From Lytechinus pictus (lineage: Eukaryota): DNA of 64,000 bases. Below the pieces are notes generated by a model. The model was not told where the DNA came from, did not search any database, and worked only from the letters and a program-made list of their open reading frames with translations. Made by a program: the position numbers and the translations under genes. This document shows, piece by piece, positions 1-14,089 of this stretch. Location of the stretch: contig NC_087245.1 of NCBI RefSeq assembly GCF_037042905.1, positions 43,712,001 through 43,776,000 of the forward strand, read 5' to 3'. How positions within the stretch are numbered: position 1 is the first letter of the stretch; each line of letters begins with the position of its first letter.

Positions 1-239
1 ATTCCGAAGTTCCGATGATGGTTCAGAGAATGTACTTCATGCAAAATCACGTTTTGGCATGACCTCTCAGCGCTGGGCATATCGACGGACAAAAAAATGC
101 AAAAATGTGATGGATCGAAATGGTAAAAAATATATATTTTAAAGAAAACCATCGTTATAAAATGCAGTCATACCAACATATTTTTGTTAATACCAGTTTG
201 AACTTAGATAAAAATTATAACCCGAGGCTATATTAGCAG

Positions 240-2850
240 CAGGGGCGGCGGAACCGGGGGGCGGCAGGGGCACTTAACCCCCTACATAAAAAAATCCCAG
301 TAGGAAAAAATGCCTTTTTTAAATGGAGAGTGCACTTATTTCAAAATGATGTACATGAATGTCCCTTTTCAAAATAAAATACCCTTTTTGAAGTCAAACG
401 ATACATTTTAGGTTGGAAATCACAAAATTTTTGGCTCGCGCTTCGCGCCCACATCATTTATTTTTTAGGAAGGCACTCACTTTGTTTTGGTTACAACTTG
501 TGCTTATAATGTTCAATTTTCAGGTTTAAATGTCACAAATCTTCAGCTCGCGCTTTCCGCTCGCATCAAAGGTACACATTATGTTCTTGGTTTCAAACTG
601 CTTAGAATATCCAGTTTTCAGGTTGAAATATTACAAATTTTCGGCTCGCCGCGCTTCGCATCAATTATTATTTATTAAGACACACAATTAAGTTCTTGGG
701 TTAAAAAAGTGCTTAGAATGTCCAGTTTTCTGGTTGGAATATCGCGCTCGCGTCCATTCTTCAATTAGATGCACATCTTTTTCATAACAAAATTGCTCGG
801 AATGTTTGATTTTCATGTCTTATTAGTCATGTTAGTACAAGCAATGTCTAGAATTTATAGCTCGCGATTTGCGCTCTTAACACCTCGCAAGAATGCTCTT
901 TTAACAATAATTTGCGCGATTTGACCAAAAAGCGGCGAGTTTCACAACTTCAGATTTGAAAATGTTCAAACTGCTTGCTTGCTACGCTCGCTCCCGGAAA
1001 AATAAGCCTAAATAGATATTTTATCAATCAGAAAAGACTTTAAAAAGGTTTTGCTCAATTTAATTACTACAAAACGCACAACTACTTAACACAGATGATA
1101 ATCTCATGGTGAAAATATAAGTTTGCATAAAAAATGCAATTTTTTGCATATAAGTGCCTTTTTTCGCTTTGTCCCCCCCCCCCCAAAAAAAAAAAAAAAA
1201 AAAAAAAAATTGAAAATACGTTCCGTCGCCTATGATTCCGTCACCTATGGCACTCGCTGGTATTTGAATATATCATCATTTACACCCTCTCAAAGAAAGC
1301 AGACTTACTTTTGCCCTTTATTTTGCCATGGAACTTACAGGAAAGCATATCAAACAGGATGCAAATGGAGGTCTATTCAGCCGGACGTTATTATACGCTT
1401 TGGAGTTTGGATTCTTGTTTGCCTAGAAAACGTAAAGTATTTCAAGAGTTTTTATATTTTCATTACATCTTTGTCCTTATTTCTATATATCCGTAGCTCT
1501 ACCATGCGCGTATTCGGGGGCGCCAAAATAGGGAGAAAAGGGAAGGAAAGAAAAGGGGTTGACGAATTGCTGTTTGACATGGGAGGGGGGGGGGGTGGAT
1601 GCGCCGAATTGATGTTCAACCTAGAGTATGTATATAGCGGGTGCCGAATTTATGTTTTGCTTAGGGGCGCCGAATTGATGTTCGACCTAGGATGTGCCAA
1701 ATTGATCTTCATCCTAGGGGGGGGGGGCGAATTAATGTTTTACCTCGGGGCGCCGTATAGATGTTCAACATAGGGGCACCGAAGGGCACCGAAATGATGT
1801 TTAACCTTGGGGATGGGGCGCCGAATAATTTTTTTCTATATACGGTTGTCGAGTTGCTGTTTGACATATAGGGGCGCCGAATTGATGTTCAACCTAGGGG
1901 GTGCCGAATGGATATTCACCACACGCCAATTTGATATTTGTCTCGGTGCATCAAATTCAGGTTCAATTTACCTAGGGAGGGGAGGGGGTGCCAAACTCAT
2001 GTTTGCTCCCATCAATTACCAATCATGTTCATGATTACCAAAAGTGCCTAGAAAGTCCTAATTTTAGATCAGAATATAAAAACAAATTCATCCTACTCTT
2101 CGCATTAATTGTTTAGTAAGGTGGCGATCCTGTTCATGGTAAGATAAGTGCTTAGAATGTCTGACTTTGTATCAAAATATATAGATTTTTATTCAGCTCG
2201 CGCTTCGCGCTCGCATAAACTGTTTTGTTACTGATCATCCTTTTCATGATAACCGAAAATGCTTACTCAAATGTCCAAATTTTAGGTAAGAATATGAAAA
2301 AAATTTCATCTCGCTCTTTGCGGACGCATCAATGTTTAGTTAGATGACAATCCTGTTCATGATTACCAAAAGTGCTTAGAATGTCCACATTTTAGGTCAA
2401 AATATCAATCACTTTTTAAGCTCGCGCTTCGCACTCGCACAAATTTACGAGGTCAGAATATCAAAAAATTTGAACTCGCGCTTAGCGCTCGCATTAATTA
2501 TTTAGCTATATACTCATCCTGTTCATGGTTATAAAAAGTGCTTATGATGTCCAGTGTTGGATTGGGAATTCAAAAATTGTCAGTTCGCACTTCGTGATCG
2601 CATAAAATGTTGATAGATACTCATCCTGTTCTTGATTGCCAAAAGTGCTCATAGATTTTTTTCCCCTCAAATTTTAGGTCAGAATATAAAAAAAATTCAG
2701 CTCACGTTTCGCGCTCGTATCAATAATAATTGTTTAAATAATTCATATACATATCATGTTCACGGTTGCAAAAAGCGTAGAATGTTTGATCGGAAAACAG
2801 ATGAAAATATCCCCCTCCCCTATTGGCGAAAGCTGGATCTAGCCCCGGTT
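240..2850. repeat. Cluster of hAT-like elements with internal repeats of about 120 bp carrying GCTCGCGCTTCGCGCTCGCA
   Basis: The motif recurs many times in 430-990 and 2190-2720. G-run termini (CAGGGGCGGCGGAAC...GTTCCGTCGCCTATG). A separate diverged array of about 30 bp (GGGGCGCCGAATTGATGTT) spans 1560-2000. Confidence 0.7.
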
Positions 2851-4683
2851 AAGAAATTACAGCTCCCGCACATAATTTTAGTATGGTCTACCACTCTGAT
2901 GAAAAGTTGAACTAAATTGAAACCCCAAAACGCTTAAAAATTCTATGCTTTCTGGTCGCATTTATTCTTTTCAAGAAGTGGATACAACTTTGATCTTTTT
3001 TTACATGGACACACTATGGACACATTAAAAAAAATGGTCTTCGATTGCCTTTTTCACGTGGTTGTGGAATAAGACAATTCAAAATGCATTTAGGCACTTT
3101 GATTGCCTGAGTGGTCGGGTCGGGGTGCAATTTTCCGAAAAGTTCACAGGGGCGCAAAAATTGTGACCCCCTCGTGGTGCAAAATCCTGGATATGCGCAT
3201 GTCCGTCGGGCATCGTTTCCACTTTTGTACCTCTTTATCTATACCGGTGTGATACTATATAAGTCCATGGATCAGTTTACTTCCATTTCGTCTGATGCCA
3301 AATCGTCAAATTGCCAACTCGCCTACTATCATTAAAGTCTACCATAATTATGTTCATCCACTATCGTCTAGTAACCAGTTGGTCCAATAGCCATTCAGTC
3401 CATATACCATTTGGTCTAATTGGACAACGTGCTATTGTGCAAAATGAATGAAAATGAATTGGATACTGGACCAAATAGTTGTTCGACGAAATATTGATGG
3501 ACGGAATGGATATGGACTAAATTAAATCAGACCATGTGGTGAGTGCAAGTTGGCACTTGGCAGTCGACGACTTGGCAATTTACCAATGGACCTACTAGGC
3601 CACTAAATTGAACTTGTCCGAGTGTGCCATAACACCTAAACTGCAGGCTTTCTCATATCCGATACCCCCCCCCCATCCCCGCCGCCCCAAGAAAGGGAAG
3701 GGGGGCATGGAGGAGAGAGAAGAAATAAAGAAAGAAGTAGATTGTTGAAAGGGAATCAAAATATTATGAATCAAAGGGAATGTAAACGCAATATCATACT
3801 CTGTTTGAATCGCTTCTCTTTCATGGAATTTATATTTTGAATAGATCGTTTCATTTCAGTCTTTCTCATTATTTTACTTTCAACCCTGTATTTCATCAGC
3901 TTTACTATCAAAAGCCTGCGTAGCGAATTACAAAACGTCCCATCCTTGTTTCACCACCCATGACATTACGTAATTATCATTTTATTATTATCATGTAATG
4001 AAATTCATACTGTGTTTACACGCTGCATCTGCTGTCAGTTTGACTACCTTGTAAATATTTATTTACAAGGTAAAGCTTATTTCCAAGGTAATATTTATTT
4101 ACAAGGTAAAGCCTATTATATTTCCCCACTGGAAAATAGCTTTAGAGCTTTCGTGGGTCATCCTGTGTAAGCCTGTTGTTTTTAATGCTACTGTATATAT
4201 ATTATGGTGACTTGCGAAATAAAATCAATCAATCAATATTTTTTGACGATATCCAGTTGAAATCAGTGGCGTTCAAAATAATGGGGAAGGATTGGGGCTA
4301 TATGGATTCCCAAATTTGTCACGGCTAATACAAAAAGAAAGCGAGAAGGGGAACTAATATCTGAATATTATGTCAAAATCTATCACCGATAAAAAATGAT
4401 TTGTGCCCGACACATATATCTGGCCCCTTAATTCATATATTTTACGTTTATTATTTACGCCAATAGTTCAAGCAAGGTTCCTAACATCTTTCTGTATTTT
4501 TCGATGTTTACACAATTCCTAGCCTTGGGTTGGGGGTTGTGTGTATTCCTTATGTTTGCATTTTTTAATGTTATTTTTCTATTTATTTCAATATTATCCT
4601 CTCCAACTTTATTATGGTATGACTATTCAAGGAATTATAATTACTCGTTTGCTTGCATGCTCCATGACCGCTTTGCCTTCACT

Positions 4684-5231
4684 CCGCGGGGGGGGGGGGG
4701 GGGGGGGGGGGGCTCTTACATTGACGAGTGGATACCATGCGCAACCCCAAAAACACGTAAAAAGGATGTCTTTTTGTCAAAAACACAAAAATATTAAAAA
4801 AAGGGTATCTATGTTGCTAGGAAAGCTACGTGTTTAGGGTAATATTTTCGGGGATGATGAAACAAAATTAAAATGTTTTATAAAGGATGTCCTTTTTGCC
4901 CCAACACTACGTGTTTAGAGTACGACTTGCGCGAGTTGTGGAAGGTGCATGGGGCCGTACTAAACCAAAATAATGATGTGTAAAGGTAAAACCAACGACC
5001 GACGGACCCGACATAACAATAAAATATCGCTGTACTTGTTTAGGGGTTCATTTCGGGAATACTTGCCAAGAGTATCGTTTTGTTTCCAATACTTGTTAAG
5101 GGTCGGTTTGAGACGCCAATACTTGTTAAGGGGTGCAGTTTGAGAATATGGAAAATACGTGTTTGGGTGCTTTTCGAGACCCCATGGTCGCGCATGGTAT
5201 CCACTCGTCAATGGAAGTGCCCCCCCCCCGG
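4684..5231. mobile_element. hAT-type MITE
   Basis: TIRs (G)n...CATTGACGAGTGGATACCATGCG and CGCATGGTATCCACTCGTCAATG...(C)nGG. Perfect 8-bp TSD CCTTCACT. Confidence 0.85.
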
Positions 5232-8200
5232 CCTTCACTTCTCTCAGTGCGTATTCAGAACTATTACTGTATTCTCATTGATCCCCCCCCCCTGGAGTTG
5301 TAAAAAACCCATAAAGGCAAAATATTATATTTTCATCGGCAGCACATGTGCATTAATTACATCATCATAAATTAAGTACATCAGGGTCCATGATCAGAAA
5401 AAGCGTATACCCATTAAACCTCGCGAGATGGGGCTTGTCCCAAAATAACAATTTTATTTTTGTCTCGTTTCGAAATTTCATTTTTATTTTGGCTGCTATA
5501 TGCTTCAAGCACATATTTGCTTACTGTATATAGTTTGCCTATGCATTTTACTCATTATATATATATTTTTTTATATATTGTATTTCTCCAGTCACTACAT
5601 ATACGATTGTCACTTGTATTATGATCATGTCTCAAGCATTGTAAATTTGTTTTGTATATTATTCCAATAAATGCAAAAAAATCCTGCAAAAAAAGCCACA
5701 TCACCACATAGTTGAACCATTCCAACTATTTATACGATCAATACGATCGCCTCGACTGATCTGATACGATTAATTATTCCGCGATTATAATTAAGGCCCT
5801 TGGAACCGGGGGTGCAAAGCACCCCCAAGATTTTACAATGGGGTGCGGCGTGCATTATTTTCCATGTAGGCAGCTCCCCCTGGAATTCTGGTATAGGTGT
5901 CGAATTGGATAAATGTAGGAAAATTACCAACATTTTGTATTGGAACCTTTTTTAATGTTTTTCTTTTGCTTTGTCAAATTTTCCTCAGCACCGCCACCAA
6001 AAAAAAAATCGTGACAGTGTGAACTTGGCACTTTTTTTTCAATCATAAAAAATGATTATATTATTTTCCCGCATGAGTTTTGAAATATTGACACGTACGC
6101 CAGAATCTCTTTGGTCCTAATATGAAGCATAAATTTCCACGTCTATAAAACAACAGTTATCATTCGTTTTTCCTATAGTTATAGCAGGGAAATGGGAGTT
6201 ACAATTCCATTGATAAATAAGTCTAAAATGTTATGCCAATCAAGATGCAAGTCCCGGATGCAAGTAATGTCTTTGTCCTGCTCATGTCGCAGTCATTCAC
6301 ATTTTTTCAACGGTTGAACTGCTCGTGCACACTCTGTATGCGTATAGGCCTTTCCCGGAGGCCTTTCTTCCTCTCATTTGTTGCTATAAAATTTCATCTT
6401 TTTATCAATTCTTTCTACTTGTTTACTGTCTATGAAGGGGTAGCAAGTTGATCTCCCATGGGGTGCCCCTATCTATTGCTGCATCATTTGTATCCATTTC
6501 TCTTTGACCATCCATTTCTTGGGAAAATACATCAATTGGATGATCCATTTATATATGCCTATCCATCCATTCTTTCAGTCATCCATCCACCGGTCGTGCT
6601 GATGGTTTGATTATAGCATGGACGTAATAGGTCCATGATTGTATAAAGTATAAAGCGCCCTACTATATCATTATAGGCTACCCCCACCCCCTCCCCATAC
6701 TACATAAAAACTCGGCGACCCATGTACACATTTCAAAGCAGACGTAATGTACATGCACAATTCCCTTGTACGTGTTGCACCTTGCTGCTTCTCCAGGTTT
6801 GCTTAGTCTTCTTTCACATACGTTGTTGCACTTTGCCCCACGGCGTGCCTTGTAAAGTTCTGTTGTAAGACTCTACATGCTGGTCGGCCCTGGAAATCAC
6901 AACTCTGAAGCACGTGCACCGCGCAATACTCAACTTCTCATTTTTCCATATCTCGATGCAAGCTTTCTTGTGTGGATGCAAAAATAAGAGTTTTCCCAGA
7001 AATCTTGTCCCTGACGTCATGTCTGCCCCCCCTCATTTTTTGACTCATGACGCCTTTACTCTGCTTGTTCGACCTTGAGCCGTTGGTCCCCTGGTTGCTT
7101 GCTCACAGGCATTCGTGCTTTCTTAGCAGTCAGGTAAAAACCTCGGCAACAGAAATAACAGAAATTAGCAACTTGATGCGTACGTTTGTCACATTCATGC
7201 TATCACGGTCTACACAATGTAGACTACACGTACGTACTTCGCATCAACAGGTTTCTCAGCTCACCTTTTGACCTCGCGAGTTCAATCTAAACAAACGAAG
7301 AGTAATCAAGTGTTGCATTGGGATTGTATCTTCGTTATGTTTTACTATAGGCCTATATTTAACCCCGCATTGGGGTTGCATATTCGTTATGTTTTACTAT
7401 AGGCCTATATGATTGCATCTTCGTTATGTTTTACTATAGGCCTATATTTAACCCCGTATTAAACAAACCCTGTTTTATATCGTAGAACCTGCTCTGAAAG
7501 TAATCGTTTTTCTCTTCGCCCTTTCCCTTCATGCTTGGCTGTAGACAGAATGGTGGTGGCCGTCTGTTTAGAGTTTTAAATATTTTTGGTCTAACTTTTT
7601 TTTCCAATTTCTCCTCTGTACTTTGCGAGTGGATCTAAATAATCTGAAACTGACTGAAACATTCAGGAAAGATAAAAAAACACCAAAATATCAAATTAGG
7701 GTATGTTGTATCCATATCCCTTTATGATGGCTCTCCTGATTCTCTTTCACCAATCCACTTCTTTCTTTCTTCTCTCTCCTCCCTCCCCCTTTCCTTTGGG
7801 GAGGGCCAGGGAGTCAGTATACAGAGTATAGAGTATACATACAGTGAGCTGCGCTATAGCGCCTCGCTGTAGTTCCCGTATATGTATCACGCCAAGCTAT
7901 ACATGAAGGGAAAGGTGCATAAAAGAGCTACAATCCACATGAATAAAGATCAAACTCGGAACTCGGCCCTTGCCCATCTCTGGGATTCTCGTATCTCTTT
8001 TAGTCTTGGAGTACTTTCAGATTCATGACATAAGAGTCCGAAAGTAAGCCGTATTGGGCAATCCTTTGCTTCGTCATTCACGTCAGATAATCAACGTGTC
8101 TGAATCCTTTTTCACGCGTACGATACATTTATGGATATAGCTCAATATAGTATTCTTATCCTGTGTGTGCTATCGCAAATAGTGGATTATATCTGAAACT

Positions 8201-8782
8201 AATGCAGAGCGCAAGCATGTCGCTAGCCGCCTAGCATCGGCTCATTGAGCTTGCACGCACCGTTCGATGTTTGCTTTCTACTCAGCTACACACACAGAGT
8301 ACTGCACTTTGTTGATACGGGGATTTCTTGATACTGCGCATGCGCCATGACGTATTTCATCAATATGCATGAGTCGTAATGAATATGCATGATTCGAACG
8401 GTGTTCTAATATCAATTTATTTTTTAACCCGAGAGGGCGTCAATAAGAAAGTTCAAACTTATATCGATTAACCGATATTTGTTATAATATATGTTTCACC
8501 CCTCAATATCATGAAAATATAAAAGTTATGCAAGTTTCTTTTCCGTGATAAAATAGAGCAATAATATAGGTATTTAATGAATGTAATAATTTCAAAATTG
8601 ATTCATTGCCCTTGTCTGAGATCAACCAATCATACACTATACCTTTAATGTAATTATGAATATAAATGATTTTGCTTGGGTATTTCAGCAATATTTGTGT
8701 CATAGGAGCATGGATGAAATAATTGTGCCACTAGCAATTCACAATATACGAAGCTATATATTTGCAACTCGAAGACGTATAC

Positions 8783-8893
8783 CTTCTTGCCATCTGTATT
8801 TATCACACCTCTATTGCGAACAGGAGGTAGCTTTTCTTCTGTGGCAACATCCCCATCTTTGCTTCCATCCTCAGAAATATCATTGACCCAGTC
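8783..8893 (-). CDS. SPAG1: SPAG1 coding exon 4
   Basis: 111 nt, TTGTAG acceptor and GTATAC donor, phase 0-0. Encodes DWVNDISEDGSKDGDVATEEKLPPVRNRGVINTDGKK with the conserved W...LPPVR motif. Confidence 0.88.
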
Positions 8894-9099
8894 CTACAAT
8901 AAAATACACAGATTAGTAGAATGGTTTCAGAGTAAATGAACTAAGTGGGTGTTTCAAAAGCTGTTCATAAAGTTACACACAACTTTACGCACTACTAGAA
9001 CATGCTCTTTAAGAAGGGGCTTATTTTCAAATAGCCCAGGCAATATAGGGTTAAAGCTACAATGTAAAGTAATTTGGGCAAATCTAAAAAACTGTGTTA

Positions 9100-9774
9100 A
9101 GAAGCATTTGTGCAACTAAGATAAGACCAATTTCGCGTCACCCGGGTACGGGGTTCCGAAATTACGCAACATTACATAAGTGCATGTCGGACCAAAAATT
9201 GCTCAAAAACGTGATTTCGTGTACAAAGTCAATGCAAATTGTGTTTTCAACCAAAAATCATAAATGTATGATTATTTTTAGTTTTGCTGATCCAAATGTA
9301 TTTATTTTATGCTGTTTGTGATATCAGAAGAGTCCCCAACAAATTTCATTGAAAAAACAATGAAAAAAAAAGGTCCAAAAAAACAAAAAAATACATAAGA
9401 AATTGCAAAAAAACAATATAATAACATAAGAAATTGATCTGATATCGCATTTTTTTTCATGTACACTTGCTAAGAACACCACAAAGAGTTTCTAAACCAA
9501 AAATTAGAACATTTGGAGCTTCATTTAGGGAGTTAGAGGGAAAAGTATGATTTCGCATACTAAATACGCATAAATTAGCATAATCACTTAATAGCAATTT
9601 GCATGAAATAAATTACTATACAATTTGTAGATTATGTCCCAGACAACCTGCGTGCCAATTTTCGGCGCGATCGCGCGGCCAACGGCCGAGATCTCAAGGG
9701 GGGGGCCTCCCAGGCCCCCCCCCCCCCCCCCCCCCGGCCATATGAACTCCCAAAATACCCCGGCCTAGATAGGG
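9100..9774. mobile_element. piggyBac-like MITE, left end unclear
   Basis: Ends AGGG|TTAA. The interior is homologous, in reverse complement, to the outer parts of 34412-38260. Confidence 0.6.
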
Positions 9775-9882
9775 TTAAGGAAACATTTTGTTTTAAGACA
9801 ATTTTTATCAAGCGAGACTTGATCAGGCTTCATCGATTAATTGATTCAGCAGTGTGCAACCAACATATACATGTAGCATTAC

Positions 9883-9967
9883 CTTGACATCATTGTTGAC
9901 CTTTGTCCACTCCTCTTTGCCTAGGTCATACTCTGTAGCCGGTCTCACCTCCTTCCTTAGTAACTTG
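9883..9967 (-). CDS. SPAG1: SPAG1 coding exon 3
   Basis: 85 nt, TTGCAG acceptor and GTAATG donor, phase 2-0. Encodes SKLLRKEVRPATEYDLGKEEWTKVNNDVK versus human SRALRKDKPAATAASFTAEEWEKIDGDIK. Confidence 0.9.
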
Positions 9968-10307
9968 CTGCAATAAAGAATCAAATATAAGAATTGGTGT
10001 GGCTGTATCAAAAGTTCCAAGCAATTGTCAATCACAGTAAAATGGAATCATACAGAAATTTTTGTCTAAATGGTTACGCAAGACTTTAAAGGAAAAAGGT
10101 CACGAAACGTCATGTAGTGCTAGAATCTATGTTATGCATTTAGAATTTATATTATACATTTATCATGAAAATGTCTGAGGAGCTAAATAATCCTACCCCT
10201 TCTATACATATCTATAGTTAACAGGCAATACCCATTTTCTCTCATATTTTGTAATGTCAACAAATGGAAAGAAATCAAAATCAAGATTAAAAGATTTGAA
10301 TAATCAC

Positions 10308-10382
10308 CTATTTGGAGCAATGTCTGCTAGTCTTCTCTCACAGAACTGTACAAGATCAGGGTAGTAACCCTCTGTACCAGCC
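10308..10382 (-). CDS. SPAG1: SPAG1 coding exon 2
   Basis: 75 nt, AG/GT bounded, phase 2-2. Encodes AGTEGYYPDLVQFCERRLADIAPN versus human SGEEGYYPELTEFCEKHLQALAPE. Confidence 0.92.
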
Positions 10383-11251
10383 CTGTTTGGTTAAACAAAG
10401 GTCAGGAACAAAACGAATAACATAACTAATCATTCATTAATGAACCCATTTAAAACTCTGACAACATTACAGAGCCCTTATTTTGAGTAAAGTTGTCCGT
10501 TGAAAAAAAAGAAGGCAATATATCTGTTGCCACTTGTGATTCGCCACTTAAACTTAAGATGCAGAGCAACATGCAAAACACATCCAGAATGCATCCTGAA
10601 TCAGCCCCCCCCCCCCCCCCCGTCTTCTTAGACGTGAAAATAGCCCAGTCTTTTTAGGGGAATATAGACTGATGCCTGCAACAACATTTTTTTTCATCCG
10701 AGTAAAAAACAGTTGGAAGGCAAAGATTCCTTCAAGGACAGCATTGCTTTTGTTTTTTATGCATCCTAAGGGTGAACCATGAGGGTGAGCCGTGCATTCA
10801 ATATCATCATAACTGCCAACATGACTAGACATAGTGCAGGATAGTGCATTTTGAATGCCATAGTGCATTTGCGGAATATCGTGTGATCCGATTTGGACCA
10901 ATCAGATTACAGAACATTCTTGGGAGTTGTATAATATGTAAGAATGCCTCACATAGCAGGGTGCAGAAACTGCATAGACCATGTTACTCTAATAACATGT
11001 CAATGAACTCTTTATGAAGGAATTTGTATCATTTCTACTTTGAATACATCAGCATGTTTTTAAAGTACTACTTGCACAGCTATTAAACATTTGTCACTAA
11101 TGGACACATTGTCATTTTGGCAGTGAATTTAATGAAAAGCACAATTCAAAAGAAATAATAATCCAGACATAAAAGTTAGTGCATATAATATCAAATGACC
11201 ATGTGATTCAACTTCTGATCATGTGAAGAATGGAGCTACACAGTACATGTA

Positions 11252-12044
11252 GGGGAAGGTGGGGTAAGTTGTGACACTTTTTACATTTTGCATGTTAGAA
11301 TTGATATGACCAGTTATATTGTAGAGATAAGTACCTTGCCTTTAAATTTTATTCTTGGGAAATATTTTTCACCTATATAAAACTTTCTATCCCCACACTG
11401 AAAATCGTTGTGACCTTTGAAAAAACTGATGTCAAATGGCTCAACTTGCCCCATCTGTGGGGTAAGTTGTGCCACCGTCTGGGGTAAATTGAGCCACAAA
11501 AACTATGTGCAAAATGTATGCGGGAGAACCAGGATGTCAATTTTTCATTTAAAGTATATTCACTTGCTAATTCTCTATAAATACCAACATCTTCTAAAAG
11601 TAAAAGAACTGTCATGTGAATTTGCTCCTTTCTGCCTGCATATCAATGGCTTTTTATGTTTTTAAATTTTGTTATTATATATTAATATAAGAGTTACCAT
11701 GGCTCAACTTGCCCCATGTTGGTTGGCTTAAATTAGCCCCGTCCGAACTTTTTGTGATATTTTCACATCCACACATTTCTTATGCATCCATCATGTAAAA
11801 GACTATGACAAGAGCGAGAATCCATACCTGGACTAACAATATTGTTCTTATTTCTAAAATATATTTAGACGTTTGTGGGTAAAAAGCACTTATCTATTTC
11901 ACACCCTTTTTTACTTTTTGGGCTGAAATTTGTATTTTTCCCTCTAAAAAACTACTTTTTGTTTCAAAGTTGAAAACAATGTGGTGGGGTTGAGGGTTAT
12001 GCAATGGGTCATCAATAAATGACACCACTTACCCCGCCTTCCCC
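11252..12044. mobile_element. Tc1/mariner-pogo-type MITE
   Basis: TIRs GGGGAAGGTGGGGTAAG and CTTACCCCGCCTTCCCC, flanked by TA. Confidence 0.8.
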
Positions 12045-12422
12045 TATGGGTATTGGGTAAGCCAGAACATGGCATGTACAGGTACACCAACATTGTACGG
12101 AGGATTCAAGAAGAGAGTTGTCATGACAAAGAACAATAAAGAAGTCTTTAATATTGTGTGTCAAAAGTTGGTGAATCAAACAGCAGTTTAGTCCTTGATT
12201 CTGGATAAACAATGTGTTTGCAACACTTCGTAGGCTCTGAAACTATTTAAAGGACGCAAACAATGCTCTGGTTCACCGATTTTCAACAAAGACCTCCCAG
12301 CTGTTCTTTGTCCTTTGACTGGGATTTGCAATACATTTACATTTACTGGTTTTTTTTTCAATCCTCCATACACGTCGCCGAGGGAATACTCCCTAATACG
12401 AATCACAGTATTATTAACTGAC

Positions 12423-12565
12423 CTCAATATTTTGTAGATCTTCTCCAATTCCTTTCCATCAGTACACTTTGCAATGTAGTCATATTCCAACAGTTCCACT
12501 GGAATGCTTTTCTCTGAAGAACTGCTGGCCCCAAACATCTGTTGCGTAGCATTGATATTCTCCAT
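12423..12565 (-). CDS. SPAG1: Sperm-associated antigen 1 (TPR co-chaperone, dynein assembly factor), coding exon 1
   Basis: Translates MENINATQQMFGASSSSEKSIPVELLEYDYIAKCTDGKELEKIYKILR, resembling the vertebrate SPAG1 N-terminus (IPIEHLDFKYIEKCSDVKHLEKILCVLR). Polypyrimidine/CAG acceptor just upstream (exon starts 12587). GT donor at 12422-12421, phase 2. Confidence 0.9.
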
Positions 12566-12641
12566 CTCTTTAAATGTTCACTATTCCCTGATAGAGAAAA
12601 AAAATACTATTCTGAAGAAAAATGCTAGGATGCTATTTTAA

Positions 12642-13035
12642 CAGGGTGCCCAGCTTTTCAAGGAAAAAAAAATCCCTGACTTTTTTCCCTGATGAAGTTA
12701 AAAAATTTCCTGATAATTTATTTAAACCGATTCCCAGTTTCGCATGTTTTCTAGTTGTTGCAGTGAATTACATGTATTTTCAGTATAAAAACAATAATGT
12801 AAAATAAATTAGTACCACCATAACCAGTCATTCAATGGATGTTGTTTTGATATGCAACAAAATATAACAGAGTCTGACATCATGCTTTCGAATTATGGGT
12901 CAAAATTCCCTGATTTTTCCCTCATTTGAGGCATTTTCCCCTGATTCGAGTTTTTTTCTTTTTTTACCAAATTCCCTGATTTTTCCCTGACTGGAAAAAA
13001 GTAAAATAATTTTCCCTGATGGGCTGGGAACCCTG
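12642..13035. mobile_element. hAT-like MITE with TTCCCTGA subterminal repeats
   Basis: TIRs CAGGGTGCCCAGC and GCTGGGAACCCTG. TSD not clean. Confidence 0.65.
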
Positions 13036-13352
13036 TTTAATGATACAGATGATCTCCCATGGACATGTTGGAGATTTGGTTAATAACATGTACTGTAGAT
13101 TAATGGATAGTACACCATCAAGGAACACCCATCAGATTTCATGACAAGGCTAAGATTCAATCGATAACTTTGGGAATCCAATGTCCAACATTATTTCTCT
13201 GTAAAAATCGGTGAAAAATTTTGTATCCAAGTGATCCAGTTTGGGTCAAAATTCTTTTTAAGTTGGAGAGCATTTACAAAAAAGCTTTTAAAATTAAAAA
13301 ATAGATTTTGGGTACCAAAAAGTTGAGAGTTTCCAATTTCTTATTAGACATA

Positions 13353-13523
13353 CATGTAGATACAACTTAAGGCCACCGCACATCCAGGGTTGGCATATTT
13401 CCCGCTTTGGAGGCTTATTTCCCATGTAGATACAACTTAAGGCCACCGCAGATCCAGGGTTGGCATATTTCCCGCTTTGGAGGCTTATTTCCCATGTAGA
13501 TACAACTTAAGGCCACCGCACAT
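13353..13523. repeat. 70-bp tandem repeat, about 2.4 copies
   Basis: CATGTAGATACAACTTAAGGCCACCGCA starts at 13353, 13423 and 13493. Confidence 0.9.
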
Positions 13524-14089
13524 GATGCTTTCATGCTAATGTATTATAGCACTAAGGGTAGTCAGGTGGCGTAACGAGCTAAAAATTTAGGGGGCTAGAT
13601 AGTACGGCGTATCAGGCAAAATTGATCACAATTTATCTGCCAGTGAGCAAGCAATCAAAAATTTGATTTTTTGTTTTGTTAAAATGTCCACTTTTGTAAT
13701 AGATTTTGACATAAATTGATATCATATTTCACTTTTCTATCGTTCCTTTCTATTCCTATATTTTTTTATTGGTAGTAGTTTTGGGGGGCAAGCTTCCCAA
13801 GCTTCCATCTGCGGCCACTCATTTCGGGATGATTTTCCTTTTCCATTTTCCTTTCGTTTTCCTTTTTTATGTTCTCATATCCCTTTTCTTTTCACTTTTC
13901 CCTTTCTTTCTTTCTTTCTTTAATTTTTTTCTTTCTTTTAGCTTCCTTCCTTTTCTCTTATCCCGTTTTTTTCCCCGGTGAAAGCCACTCGGGGGAGGGC
14001 CAGCCATGCCCCGCCCGTTTACGCCTCTGAGATGCCTAAGCTATACTCATGATCTTAATCTTCGATTTTCCACAGTACTGGGGGGGGGA

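Noticed and set aside
1123..1773. 216-aa ORF
   Set aside because: Runs through homopolymers and transposon repeats; no recognisable domain or splice structure.
6230..7270. Short ORFs in a non-repetitive-looking region
   Set aside because: Stops in the frames I checked and no family resemblance.
7940..8020. Possible SPAG1 exon 5 (KYSKTKRDTRIP)
   Set aside because: Lacks the PRDY.EW motif and a credible in-frame acceptor.
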